The notes beneath the pieces were generated by a model. It ran no database searches. It had not been told where the DNA came from and saw only the letters and a program-made list of their open reading frames with translations. A DNA stretch of 64,000 nt from Myxococcota bacterium (lineage in GTDB: Bacteria; Myxococcota_A; UBA796; UBA2385): the NCBI GenBank assembly GCA_044344255.1, contig JBIJDH010000006.1, positions 128,001 through 192,000 of the forward strand, written 5' to 3'. The position numbers were made by a program, and so were the translations under genes. This document shows, piece after piece, positions 17,906-27,520 of this stretch (within the stretch, counting starts at the first letter, position 1; each line of letters begins with the position of its first letter).

Positions 17906-18613
17906 GTGCGGCTGAACGTTCGAGAGGCGGCCGAGCTCCTGCAGGTCTCGACCAAGACGATCTACCGCTGGGTGGGGGACAGCAAGCTCCCCGGCTACCG
18001 CGTGCAGCGCACCTTCCGCTTCGACCACGCCGAGCTCGTCGAGTGGGCGACGGCGAACCGCATCGAGGTGTCGCCCCGCTTCGCCGCGGACGCCCCCGTC
18101 GCCGAGCCCATCCCCGAGCTCGACCGCGCCCTCGAGGCCGGGGGCATCGCCTACCGGGTGGGCGGGGCCTGCCGCGACAGCGCGCTCCGGGCCGCGCTCG
18201 ACACCTTGCGCCTCGGTGAGGATGGTGACCGTGACGCGATCTTCGCCGCCCTGCGCGCCCGGGAGGAGCTCGCGTCCACGAGCATCGGCGATGGCCTCGC
18301 CCTCGCCCACCTGCGCAACCCGCTGCGCCTCCAGCTCAACCGGCCCACGGTGAGCCTCTGCTTCCTCGAGCGGCCGGTAGACTGGTCGGCGCTCGATCGT
18401 CAGCCGGTTCGGGCATTGTTCATCATCTTGGCGTCCACGGTCCGCTCGGTCTTGCAGCTCCACGCGCGAACCTACTTCGCCTTGCGAGACCCAGCCTTCC
18501 GAGAGCTGATCCTGCGGGAGGGCTCCCGCGAGTCGATCCAGGCCGAGGCGCGCCGGGTGGCCGCGTCCTTCCCGCCGCCGCCCGCTCCCCTCGCGGTCTC
18601 ATGCTCGGGCTGA
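17906..18613 (+). CDS. HTH_17 (excisionase/BldC-like) DNA-binding domain fused to PTS EIIA (Ntr/Fru-type) domain
   Basis: LNVREAAELLQVSTKTIYRW..LPGYRV..FRF; RAREELASTSIGDGLALAH (phospho-His motif). Confidence 0.9.
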   Translation: MRLNVREAAELLQVSTKTIYRWVGDSKLPGYRVQRTFRFDHAELVEWATANRIEVSPRFAADAPVAEPIPELDRALEAGGIAYRVGGACRDSALRAALDTLRLGEDGDRDAIFAALRAREELASTSIGDGLALAHLRNPLRLQLNRPTVSLCFLERPVDWSALDRQPVRALFIILASTVRSVLQLHARTYFALRDPAFRELILREGSRESIQAEARRVAASFPPPPAPLAVSCSG

Positions 18614-20577
18614 CGGTCGCCGGCGCGGTCCTCCTCGTGGGGGCGCTCTGCGCGTTGGCCCTGCCGAACAACCGCGCCCGGGCGGCGGCCGCCTTGTCCA
18701 CCCAAGGGCTCGCGCTGGTGATCACGCTGGGCTCGGTGTTCCCTGTGTTGGCGGGGGGGCCGGCGCTCGCCGAGTCCTGGTCCCTGTCGTACCCCCTCGA
18801 CGTCGTCAGCGGCGAGGTCGACGCGCTCAGCGCCTTCTTCATCGCCTGGTCGCTGCCGATGACCCTGCTGGGGACGCTCTACGCGGTCGGCTACCTCCAG
18901 CGCTCCCTCGAGGAGGGGCGAAATGGCGGGCCGCACTTCGCCTTGCTCAACATCATCGCGCTGTCCTTCTTGATCATCTACGGATCCCGTCACGCGATCA
19001 TCTTTCTGCTCGGCTGGGAGCTCGCGGCGGTCTCGGCCTGGCTGCTCGTGATCTGGGACTACAAGAACCAGAAGGTCCGCTTCTCCGCCTTCAACTACCT
19101 CGTCTCCACGCATGTCGGGCTGCTGGTGCTGGTCGCCGCCTTCATGTACCTGCACGGACAGACGGGCTCGATGGACTTCGCCGCCTTCGGGCGCACCCTC
19201 GGGGTGTCGAGCGGAGGGCGCAGCTTCGTCTTCCTCTTGTTGGGCGCGTCCTTCGCGCTGAAGTCCGCCTTCTTTCCTGTTCATTCCTGGCTCCCGCGGG
19301 CCCACTCCGCCGCGCCGGCCCATGTCTCCGCCCTGATGTCGGGCGTGATCCACAAGGCGGGGCTCTTCGCCTTCCTCCGCTTCACCCTGCTGATCGGGGA
19401 GCCTGAGGAGTGGATGGGCTGGCTGGTGCTGCTCTTCGGCGCGCTCTCCGCGCTGTTCGGGGTGGTGTATGCGGCCTCCCAGCGCGACCTCAAGCGGCTG
19501 CTCGGCTACTCCTCCACCGAGAACGTGGGCATCGCCGCGATGGGCTTTGGTGTGGCCTACCTCGGCCTGTGCTGGGATCAGCCGGCCCTCGTCGCGCTGG
19601 GCATCACCGGTGGGCTGCTGCACATCCTCAACCACGCCCTGTTTAAGTGCCTGCTCTTCTACGCGGCGGGCGCCGTCTATCGCTCCACCCACACGGTCGA
19701 TCTCGAGCGCCTGGGCGGCCTCCTCCGCCGGATGCCGCGCACCGGCTGGCTCTTCCTCGTGGGCGCCTTGGCCATCGCCGGGATCCCGCCGATGAACGGC
19801 TTCATGAGTGAGCTGCTCGTCTATGCCGGTCTGCTCGGGCAGACCGCCCCCGGCTCGGTCGAGAACGCGGCCCTCGTCTCGGCCGCGGCCCTGCTCGGCT
19901 TCGTGGGCTCGGTGAGCGCGCTGGCGATGGTCCGGGCCTTCGGGGTCGCCTTCCTCGGCAGCCCGCGGGACAGCGCGGTCACCGATCACGGCGATCCTCC
20001 GGCCACGATGCTGCTGCCGATGGGGCTGCACGCCGCCGGCGTCGTGCTGCTCGGTCTCGCGCCGTCGGTGGGCGTCGCCTTCATCCGGCCGGTGGTGGTG
20101 CTCTTCCACTCCGGCGCCGCGGGGATGGCCGCTGTCGACGACGTGCTCTCGCCGCTGCAGTGGGCCTGTCGCGGCCTCGTCGTGGGCATCGTGGTCCTCG
20201 GCCTCGTCGGCTGGCGACTCGGCCGCGGGGCCCGCCGCCACGTCACCTGGGGCTGCGGCTACACGGCGGCGAACCCGCGGATGCAGTACACGGGCAGCTC
20301 CTTCAGCCAGCCCTTCGTCGAGATCTTCGAGTCTCTCTCGCCGCAGCGCTGGCGGGTGAAGCTGTCTGGCAAGATCTTTCCGCCCGCGAGCGGCCACCTC
20401 GAGGTGCATGTCGCCGACGCGGTCGAGGGCCGCATCTTCGAGGTGCTCGGTCGCGGCGAGCAGCTCTTCGTGCGAGCGGCCGCCGCCATCCCCGAGCAGC
20501 CTCGGTACGCCTTCGGCGCGGGGCTCGTCGTCCTCGTGGTGCTGGTGGGCCTCCTCGTCGCGGGGGGTGTGCCCTGA
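18601..20577 (+). CDS. hyfB: Ehr/hydrogenase-4 component B-like proton-translocating membrane subunit
   Basis: GWEL, KSAFFPVHSWLPRAHSAAPAHVSALMSG, DLKRLLGYSSTEN, NHALFKCLLF, TWGCGY...RMQYT. Confidence 0.92.
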   Translation: MLGLTVAGAVLLVGALCALALPNNRARAAAALSTQGLALVITLGSVFPVLAGGPALAESWSLSYPLDVVSGEVDALSAFFIAWSLPMTLLGTLYAVGYLQRSLEEGRNGGPHFALLNIIALSFLIIYGSRHAIIFLLGWELAAVSAWLLVIWDYKNQKVRFSAFNYLVSTHVGLLVLVAAFMYLHGQTGSMDFAAFGRTLGVSSGGRSFVFLLLGASFALKSAFFPVHSWLPRAHSAAPAHVSALMSGVIHKAGLFAFLRFTLLIGEPEEWMGWLVLLFGALSALFGVVYAASQRDLKRLLGYSSTENVGIAAMGFGVAYLGLCWDQPALVALGITGGLLHILNHALFKCLLFYAAGAVYRSTHTVDLERLGGLLRRMPRTGWLFLVGALAIAGIPPMNGFMSELLVYAGLLGQTAPGSVENAALVSAAALLGFVGSVSALAMVRAFGVAFLGSPRDSAVTDHGDPPATMLLPMGLHAAGVVLLGLAPSVGVAFIRPVVVLFHSGAAGMAAVDDVLSPLQWACRGLVVGIVVLGLVGWRLGRGARRHVTWGCGYTAANPRMQYTGSSFSQPFVEIFESLSPQRWRVKLSGKIFPPASGHLEVHVADAVEGRIFEVLGRGEQLFVRAAAAIPEQPRYAFGAGLVVLVVLVGLLVAGGVP

Positions 20578-21500
20578 GCCTCCCCGTCCTGGCGCTCAAC
20601 CTCGTGGGGCTGGCCCTGCTCCCCTGGCTGATGGTGGGCCTCATCAACCGCACCAAGGCGCGCTGGGCCGGGCGCCTCGGGCCGCCGCTGCTCCAGTCTG
20701 TCTACGATGTGCTCCGACTCTGTCGAAAGCGGCCCGTGTACAGTGAGACCACCACCGCGATCTTCCGGCTCACGCCCTACGTGGGCCTCGCCGCGACCCT
20801 CGCGGCGGCGCTGGTGGTGCCGATCGTCGGATTCCCGCCTCTCTGGTCCTTCTCCTACGACTTCATCTGGCTCGCCTACCTGTGGGGCCTCGGGCGGGCG
20901 GCGCTGATGCTCGGCGCCCTCGACACCGGCAGCTCCTTTGAGGGGATGGGGGCGAGCCGCGAGGCGACCTTCGCCACCCTCGTCGAGCCGGCGCTGCTGC
21001 TCGTCATGGGGGCCCTCGGAGCCACCACCGGCGCGACGAGCCTGATGGGCGCGGTCTCGCAGGGTGCCCACAGCATCGAGGCGCTCGTGGCCTGGGGGGC
21101 GAGCCTGTTCGCGCTGCTCGTCGTGGTGCAGGCCGAGGGTGCGCGGATGCCGGTGGACGATCCGACCACCCACCTCGAGCTCACGATGATCCATGAGGTG
21201 ATGGTGCTCGATCACAGTGGCCCCGAGCTCGCGGCGATCCAGATCACCGCTGCCCTCAAGCTGACGCTCGGCGCCTCGCTGATCGCCGCCCTGCTCAACC
21301 CGTGGACCGGCTCCGGGCCTGCGGCGACCGGCCTCGTGGTCCACCTCCTGCTCATGGTGATGATCGCCGTCGTGATCGGCACCATCGAGTCGCTGTGGGC
21401 GCGCTTCCAGCTCCCCGTGCTGCATCGGTATCTGTTCATGGCCGTGGTGGGCGGAGCGGTGGCCCTGCTGGCCACCACCTGGCAGGGGGGAGGGCTGTGA
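20574..21500 (+). CDS. hyfC: Ehr/HyfC (HycD/NuoH-like) membrane subunit
   Basis: KARWAGRLGPPLLQ, LDTGSSFEGMGASRE, RMPVDDPTTHLELTMIHEVMVLDHSG. Probable CTG start overlapping the hyfB stop (alternative ATG at 20631). Confidence 0.9.
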   Translation: MSLPVLALNLVGLALLPWLMVGLINRTKARWAGRLGPPLLQSVYDVLRLCRKRPVYSETTTAIFRLTPYVGLAATLAAALVVPIVGFPPLWSFSYDFIWLAYLWGLGRAALMLGALDTGSSFEGMGASREATFATLVEPALLLVMGALGATTGATSLMGAVSQGAHSIEALVAWGASLFALLVVVQAEGARMPVDDPTTHLELTMIHEVMVLDHSGPELAAIQITAALKLTLGASLIAALLNPWTGSGPAATGLVVHLLLMVMIAVVIGTIESLWARFQLPVLHRYLFMAVVGGAVALLATTWQGGGL

Positions 21501-22141
21501 CCTCCTTGCTCATCGGCTTCGTGATCGTGCTGCTGGTGCCGCTCTTCGTGGGCACCTGGCGCATCAGCCTGCTCGGCCTCAGCCTGCAAGGCCTGCTCCT
21601 CTACGGCGTGGCCTACCGTCTGGAGGGGGCCGACACCTCAGCACCCGGTCTGCTCACCGCCTTCGACCTCATCTTCTTAAGAGGGATCCTGGCGCCTGCG
21701 CTCCTCTATCGGGTGCTCCAGCTCCGGCGAGCGCCCGAGCGGAACGACGTGCTGCCGCCCAACCTCATCGCCTGGGCCGCCGCGATCGGCCTCGTGCTCG
21801 GGGCATTTCGCCTCGCCCTGCTGCTGGTCCCCGTGGCGGGGGATGAGCAGCTCCAGGTGGGCGCGGCCGCCGCGGCGGTGCTGCTCGGCTTCCTCGTGTT
21901 GTCCTCGCAGGGCGGGGTGTTCAGCCAGATCGTGGGCGCGCTGCGGATCGAGAACGCGATCGCCCTCTTTGAGCTCGGCACCAGCGATGGGCACGGGTCG
22001 CTCGGGCTGCGGTGCGGGCAGCTCTTCATCTTTGGGGCGTCGTTGCTCTTGTTTCGTTGGTATCTGAGCACGGTCGATCCCGCGCCTCCTGTGCACCACC
22101 CGATCGAAGAGCTGCCCGATCTCAAGGACATCCACCCATGA
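21497..22141 (+). CDS. hyfE: HyfE-like membrane subunit
   Basis: GTG start overlapping the hyfC stop; hydrophobic; LSLQG, QIVGALRIENAI; position in operon. Confidence 0.82.
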   Translation: MTSLLIGFVIVLLVPLFVGTWRISLLGLSLQGLLLYGVAYRLEGADTSAPGLLTAFDLIFLRGILAPALLYRVLQLRRAPERNDVLPPNLIAWAAAIGLVLGAFRLALLLVPVAGDEQLQVGAAAAAVLLGFLVLSSQGGVFSQIVGALRIENAIALFELGTSDGHGSLGLRCGQLFIFGASLLLFRWYLSTVDPAPPVHHPIEELPDLKDIHP

Positions 22142-23574
22142 GCGCCCGCCCGCTGGAGCCGGAACTGCGGCAGGTCAGCGAGACGCTGGCGCGGCAGAGC
22201 TCGCGCTTCGGGCCGGCCTTCTTGTTGTTCGCCGGGCTCTGCTCCCTCGCCTTCGCGGCCCTGATGGTCTTCGGCTCCTTCGACCCCGGCGCGCTCGGCC
22301 CCTACTTCGCGGTCGACGCCACCGCGCGGCTCTTCCTGCTGCTCATCAACACGATCTTCGTGGGCATCGTGGTCCACGAGTGGACCCGCGTCCGGGTGGA
22401 GTCCGACTCGGTCGAGGGCCTGCGTGTGCTCCTGTGGACCGCCTTCCTCGCGGCCTCCAACCTCGCGGTCCTCTCCGATCACTTCGTGGTGACCTGGATC
22501 TGCCTCGAGCTCAGCACGCTGGCCGCCGCGCCCTTGATCGTGCGGCGCGGCGCGGCCTCCTCTCGGCTGGCCTCGTGGCGGTACCTCCTCTTCTCGTCGG
22601 TGGGCCTCGGCCTGACGCTGCTCGGCTTCATCTGCCTCGCCCGCGGGCTCGTCGCCGACGGGGGCGGGCACGGCGGTCTCGAGGCGCTCTCGGTGAGCGG
22701 GCTGCTCGGCGAGGTGCCCTCCGGGGCCTCGCCCTGGCGCTCCCTCGGCGTGGCCCTGGCCATCCTCGGCTACGGCGCCAAGCTCGGCCTCGCGCCGCTC
22801 TACGTCTGGCTGCCGGAGGCCTACGACGAGGCGCCGCCGCCCGTGACCTCGCTGCTCGCCGCCCTGCAATTCAACTGCGCGCTGGTGGGCCTCATCCGGC
22901 TCCTCCAGGTCTTCCGGGCTGGGCACGAGGGCCTCGTGAGCATCGAGCTCATCGGTATGGGGCTCGCGACGGTGGCCCTCGCCGCCGCGAGCCTGATCGC
23001 CACCCGGAGCATCCGCCGACTCGTGGCCTACGCCTCCATCATGCACGGCGGGGTGATCGCGGTCGGCCTCGGGGTGGGGGCCGGCGCGGGCTACGGCGTG
23101 CTGCTCTACGCGGTGAGCAACGCCTTCATCAAGGCGATGTTGTTCCTCACCGCGGGCAAGATCGAGGCCCGGTACGGCACGAAGGACACCGCTCAGATCC
23201 GAGGCGTCATCAAGGTGCTGCCGCCGAGCGGCCTCTTCCTGATGGCGGGCACCTTCGCCCTGCTCGGCTTCCCGCCCTTCGGGAGCTTCATCGGGGAGCT
23301 GCTCATCCTCTCCGGCCTTGTGCGCGGCGGCTATCTGTTCGCCTTCGCCGCCCTCGGCTTCCTCGTCACCGTGGCCTTCGTCGCGACCGGGCGCACGGTG
23401 TTCCCAATGATCTGGGGGCAGCCGGAGGGCCACCTCGAGACCGGGAAGAATTCTGTCCTCTTCCTCGTGCCGAAGCTCGCATTCCTCCTCGTGCTGGTCG
23501 TGCTCGGCCTTCACCTCCCCGACCCCGTGAACGCGCTGTTTCACGAGGTCGCCGTCAGCCTCGGAGACGAGTGA
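22138..23574 (+). CDS. hyfF: HyfF-like proton-translocating membrane subunit
   Basis: WICLELSTL, SWRYLLFSSVG, GYGAKLGLAPLYVWLPEAYDEAP, RRLVAYASI. Confidence 0.9.
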   Translation: MSARPLEPELRQVSETLARQSSRFGPAFLLFAGLCSLAFAALMVFGSFDPGALGPYFAVDATARLFLLLINTIFVGIVVHEWTRVRVESDSVEGLRVLLWTAFLAASNLAVLSDHFVVTWICLELSTLAAAPLIVRRGAASSRLASWRYLLFSSVGLGLTLLGFICLARGLVADGGGHGGLEALSVSGLLGEVPSGASPWRSLGVALAILGYGAKLGLAPLYVWLPEAYDEAPPPVTSLLAALQFNCALVGLIRLLQVFRAGHEGLVSIELIGMGLATVALAAASLIATRSIRRLVAYASIMHGGVIAVGLGVGAGAGYGVLLYAVSNAFIKAMLFLTAGKIEARYGTKDTAQIRGVIKVLPPSGLFLMAGTFALLGFPPFGSFIGELLILSGLVRGGYLFAFAALGFLVTVAFVATGRTVFPMIWGQPEGHLETGKNSVLFLVPKLAFLLVLVVLGLHLPDPVNALFHEVAVSLGDE

Positions 23575-25100
23575 TGTCCACCGGCGCTACCGCCGACCTC
23601 GGCCCTTCGGTCGGGCTGTGCTCGACTTCGGCCGGGGAGGCTGCCCTCGAGGCCCCCGGGCCCTGGCGAGCCGAGCTCCTCGAGGCCCTGGCGGGCGGGG
23701 CGCGGCTGGTGAGCCTCTTCGGCCGACGGGCCGACGAGGGCACGGCCGCGCTCACGGCGGTGCTCCAGGGCCCCTCGGGCGCGCTCCGGCTCACCCGCTG
23801 CGCGGCGTCGATCGGGGAGGGTGTCCACTCCCTCACCGAGGAGCACCCCGCCTTCCACTGCTTCGAGCGGGAGCTGCACGAGCAGCTCGGGCTGAAGGTG
23901 AAGGGCCACCCGTGGATGAAGCCCCTCCGGTTCGAGGGTGGAGGTGGACAGTCCTCGATGAACGCCTACCCTTACCACTCGGTGGAAGGGAAGGACGTAC
24001 ACGAGGTCGCCGTCGGGCCCGTCCACGCCGGGGTCATCGAGCCCGGCTCCTTTCGATTCATGTGCCACGGGGAGCGGGTGCTCCACCTCGAGATCCAGCT
24101 CGGATACCAGCACCGCGGCGTCGAGCGGCTGCTGCTCGGGCGGGACCCCCGCCGCCTGGGCCCTCTCGTCGAGACCGCGGCCGGGGACACGAGCGTCGCC
24201 CACGCCTGGGCCTATTGCGCCGCCCTCGAGGCGCTCGCAGAAGGGAGCGCCGCCGGCGGGGTGATCGACGGCGTGGTCGACGGCGCGGTCGAGCGAGGGC
24301 GGGCGCTGCTGCTCGAGCTCGAGCGAGTGGCGATGCACCTCGCCACGCTCAGCGGGCTCGCCGCCGACATCGGCTTCCTGCAGGGGGCGACGGCCTACGG
24401 GAGGCTGCGCACGACGGTCATCAACACCACGATGCGCCTCACCGGCAGCCGTTTCGGGCGCGGCGGGCTGCGGCCGGGGGCCTCGGCCTTTGGTTTTGAC
24501 GCCGCCGCGCTGCGCGACCTCGAGGCGGCCTTCGGGCCCCTCACGGACGATCTCGCCGTGGTCCACGATCGGCTGCTCTCCGATGTCACCGTTCAGCACC
24601 GGCTCGTCGACGTGGGGGTGGTGTCCCCGGCCCTGGCGGCGCAGATCGGCCTCGTCGGCGTCGCCGCGCGGGCCTCTGGCCAGCGGATCGACCAGCGGAG
24701 CCACGACGCGGGCCTCTACGCGGCGCTCCCCCTCCGGCCCCAAGTGGAGTCCTCCGGGGACTGCCTCGCCCGGACGCGAGTGCGGGTGCGCGAGATCCAC
24801 GCCTCCCTCGACTGGATCCGGCGGCTGCTCGCCGAAGGCCTGGAGCTCCAGCGCGGGCGGGTCGAGCTCGGCCCCCTGCGACCGAACGCGCTCGTGGTGA
24901 CGGTGGTGGAGGGGCTGCGCGGCGAGGTGGTCCACGCCCTCGAGACCGACGCCCGGGGCGCCCTCCTCCAGTACAAGGTGCAGGACCCCTCCCTCCGCAA
25001 TTGGCTCGGCCTCGCCCTCGCGGTGCGGGGGGGTACGATCTCGGACTTTCCCATCTGTAACAAGAGCTTTGACCTCTCTTACTGCGGGCATGACCTGTGA
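23574..25100 (+). CDS. hyfG: Ehr large subunit (HyfG/HycE-like NuoC+D fusion) lacking Ni-binding CxxC motifs
   Basis: FERELHEQLG, VGPVHAGVIEPG, LGYQHRGVE, EGLRGE, DPS..NW. C-terminus DFPICNKSFDLSYCGHDL with no DPCxxC. Confidence 0.9.
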   Translation: MSTGATADLGPSVGLCSTSAGEAALEAPGPWRAELLEALAGGARLVSLFGRRADEGTAALTAVLQGPSGALRLTRCAASIGEGVHSLTEEHPAFHCFERELHEQLGLKVKGHPWMKPLRFEGGGGQSSMNAYPYHSVEGKDVHEVAVGPVHAGVIEPGSFRFMCHGERVLHLEIQLGYQHRGVERLLLGRDPRRLGPLVETAAGDTSVAHAWAYCAALEALAEGSAAGGVIDGVVDGAVERGRALLLELERVAMHLATLSGLAADIGFLQGATAYGRLRTTVINTTMRLTGSRFGRGGLRPGASAFGFDAAALRDLEAAFGPLTDDLAVVHDRLLSDVTVQHRLVDVGVVSPALAAQIGLVGVAARASGQRIDQRSHDAGLYAALPLRPQVESSGDCLARTRVRVREIHASLDWIRRLLAEGLELQRGRVELGPLRPNALVVTVVEGLRGEVVHALETDARGALLQYKVQDPSLRNWLGLALAVRGGTISDFPICNKSFDLSYCGHDL

Positions 25101-25849
25101 TGTGGCTCTCCGCGCTCCGCGTCCGGCTGCGGCAGGGCCAGCCGACCATCCGCGACCTGCGGGCCGCGACGCCCGTCGGCGCCCGGGGGCGCCCCTCGAT
25201 CTCCGCCGCCCCCTGCGTCGAGGGCTGCACGACCTGCCGGGATGAGTGCCCCACGGAGGCCATCTCCCTCTCGCCCGTCCGCCTCGACCTCGGGCGCTGC
25301 ATCTTCTGCGGCGCCTGTGAGGAGCGCTGCCCGGCGGAGAAGATCCGCTTCAGCAGCGAGCCTCGAATGTCGGCCCGCGCCCTCCCAGACCTCGTCGTCG
25401 AAGAAGGCCCGGGCCCCGGGCCGCGGGTGGCGGCGGACCCCGATCTCTCGCGGCGTTACGGCCGCTCGCTCAAGCTGCGGCAGGTCTCGGCGGGGGGATG
25501 TAACGCCTGTGAGCTCGAGCTCAACGCCCTCGCCAACGTCAACTTCGACGTCCAGCGCTACGGCATCGAGTGGGTGGCCTCCCCTCGCCACGCCGACGGC
25601 CTCGTGCTGACTGGGCCGCTCACCGCCAACATGCGGGACGCGGTGCGCCTCACCTGGGACGCGATGCCCGACCCTCGCTTCGTCATCGCGGTCGGGGCGT
25701 GCACCCTCACCGGGGGCCTCTACCGGGGCTCCGGGGCCCTCGAACGGGGGTTCCTTGGCGAGGTGGGGCCGGTGGTCTACGTCCCGGGCTGCCCGCCCCA
25801 CCCGCTCACCATCGTCCACGCGATCATGGACCTGCTCGACATCCGCTGA
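25097..25849 (+). CDS. hyfI: Ehr small subunit: 2[4Fe-4S] ferredoxin fused to NuoB/HyfI-like domain
   Basis: CVEGCTTCRDECP, CIFCGACEERCP; GGCNACELE, ASPRHAD, VGAC, PGCPP. Confidence 0.9.
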   Translation: MMWLSALRVRLRQGQPTIRDLRAATPVGARGRPSISAAPCVEGCTTCRDECPTEAISLSPVRLDLGRCIFCGACEERCPAEKIRFSSEPRMSARALPDLVVEEGPGPGPRVAADPDLSRRYGRSLKLRQVSAGGCNACELELNALANVNFDVQRYGIEWVASPRHADGLVLTGPLTANMRDAVRLTWDAMPDPRFVIAVGACTLTGGLYRGSGALERGFLGEVGPVVYVPGCPPHPLTIVHAIMDLLDIR

Positions 25850-25873
25850 GCGCCGAGCCGGCCACGGACACGC

Positions 25874-26653
25874 TCAGGCCGCGGGCGGGGCGGAGACGAG
25901 GGCGAAGTGGCCGCCCTGGGGGTCAATCCCGTTGAGGATGTGACCGCCGCCGGGGATCTCCTGGGGTCCGTGGATGACCTGCCCACCGGCCTCTTGGATG
26001 GTGGCGACCGCGGCGTGCACGCTCGGGACGTTGATGTAGCAGGACCAGGCGGAGACGGGCATCTCCTTCGGGCGCCGCATCATGCCGCCGAGGCTCGGGA
26101 GCTGGCCAAAGCCGAACATCCGATAGGTGCCGTGCTCGCCCATCTCCATCTCGCCGGTGTTGTCCCAGCCGAAGAGGGCGGCGTAGAAGGCGAAGCCGGC
26201 CTCGAGGTCAGCGGTCATCAGCTCGTGCCAGCCGATCCCGCCGAGGGTGGTGCTGCCGGAGGCGGCGCCGGCCATCTCGCTGCCGGGGACGGGCGTGAAG
26301 GCGGCGAACACCGCGCCCTGGGGGTCGCTCAGGACGGCGAAGCGCCCGATGGTGGGGATGTCGGTGGGGGCGAGGTGCACCTGGGCGCCGAGGGCCTCGG
26401 CCTGCTGCACGGTGGCGTCGACGTCGGGCGTGCCGATGTACGCGAGCCAGTGGGGCGGCACGTGGACGCCGGGGGGGAGCATCATCGAGCCGCCGACGGG
26501 GCCGTTCGGGGTGGTCCACATCATGTACTCGCCCATGTCGGACGTGTAGGCGGACAGCGTCCAGCCGACGACCTTGGTGTAGAAGGCCTGGGCGGCCGCG
26601 GTGTCGTTGGTGTTGAGGTCGTACCAAAAGAAGCGACCGGAGACTTCAGACAT
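25874..26653 (-). CDS. VOC family (glyoxalase/bleomycin resistance) two-domain protein
   Basis: Two repeats: WYDLNTND..AFY..DPQGAVF and WHELMTAD..AFY..DPQGGHF. Confidence 0.92.
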   Translation of the reverse strand: MSEVSGRFFWYDLNTNDTAAAQAFYTKVVGWTLSAYTSDMGEYMMWTTPNGPVGGSMMLPPGVHVPPHWLAYIGTPDVDATVQQAEALGAQVHLAPTDIPTIGRFAVLSDPQGAVFAAFTPVPGSEMAGAASGSTTLGGIGWHELMTADLEAGFAFYAALFGWDNTGEMEMGEHGTYRMFGFGQLPSLGGMMRRPKEMPVSAWSCYINVPSVHAAVATIQEAGGQVIHGPQEIPGGGHILNGIDPQGGHFALVSAPPAA

Positions 26654-26825
26654 GGTGGGGCTCCATTTTGAGGGCGAGCGCGGGGGACACTGAACGGGTT
26701 GCGGCGCTCAGGCCGCGCAAACTGGTATCCAGGCACCGCCAGGTTGTCGAAGAAAGAACCCGTACAAGGGTATGATGGTGCCAGATCGCGTGATCCATGT
26801 GTCGGGATCGGGCTGATCGGAGAGC

Positions 26826-26840
26826 GGTCATAAAATGACC
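26826..26840. promoter_or_regulatory. Palindromic operator-like site GGTCAT-AAA-ATGACC
   Basis: Perfect 6-bp inverted repeat in an AT-richer divergent intergenic region. Confidence 0.4.
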
Positions 26841-26945
26841 TGGATTGTCGCCCTCTGCAGGCGCCCCGGTCGACCGCCTTGCCCCGTCCCTTGCGGATCC
26901 CGCTTCCCGCGCCTACAACAGGGGCAGGACGTCCAGGGAGGCCCG

Positions 26946-27512
26946 ATGCGCACCCGAGTTTTGTTGTGTCTGCTCCTCGCCGCTTGCGGTAAGGACACCG
27001 AAGACGCGGACGCGGACGGAGCGGGCGGCGATGAGGCCGACGCCGACAGCGACGCGGACTCGGACTCGGACGCCGACAGTGACGCCGACAGTGACGCCGA
27101 CAGCGACGCGGATTCGGACGCCGACAGCGACGCGGACGCCGACGGCGATCTGAGCTGCCTCGACTGGAGCGCGCTCGTCGTCGATGAGTCCGGCACCACC
27201 GGGCCCTTCACCTCGAGCGCCTCGCTGGTCGCGACCGGCGCCGTGGCGAACCACTGTGAGGCGCTCGTCTCCTTCGAGACGCCGTCTACCTGCCTCTTCA
27301 GCAGCTTGAGCTACGCGGACGCCGACAGCGGCGAGGTCGTGGACATGGGCTGGCCCTGCGGTGACGCGGTGACCACTTGGACCATCGCCCCCGGCTATCC
27401 GACCGAGTCGAGCCAGCCGCTCGGCGCGGTGGGCCCAGGCCACTTCACGATCACCATCCCCTTCGACGATGTCGAACACCACATCGCCAGCGCCACCTTC
27501 GTGGTGGAGTAG
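26946..27512 (+). CDS. Lipoprotein with (DADS)n acidic linker and small beta-rich C-domain
   Basis: ATG after GGAGG; lipobox LLLAAC; DADSDADS repeats; C-terminus similar to the next gene. Confidence 0.82.
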   Translation: MRTRVLLCLLLAACGKDTEDADADGAGGDEADADSDADSDSDADSDADSDADSDADSDADSDADADGDLSCLDWSALVVDESGTTGPFTSSASLVATGAVANHCEALVSFETPSTCLFSSLSYADADSGEVVDMGWPCGDAVTTWTIAPGYPTESSQPLGAVGPGHFTITIPFDDVEHHIASATFVVE

Positions 27513-27520
27513 GAGCGATC

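Noticed and set aside
17906..18070. Excisionase marking an integrated element
   Set aside because: The HTH is fused to PTS EIIA and heads a metabolic operon; no integrase or att sites were seen.
23574..25100. Functional [NiFe]-hydrogenase 4 / formate hydrogenlyase
   Set aside because: Both Ni-binding CxxC motifs are absent, and no maturation or fdh genes are adjacent.
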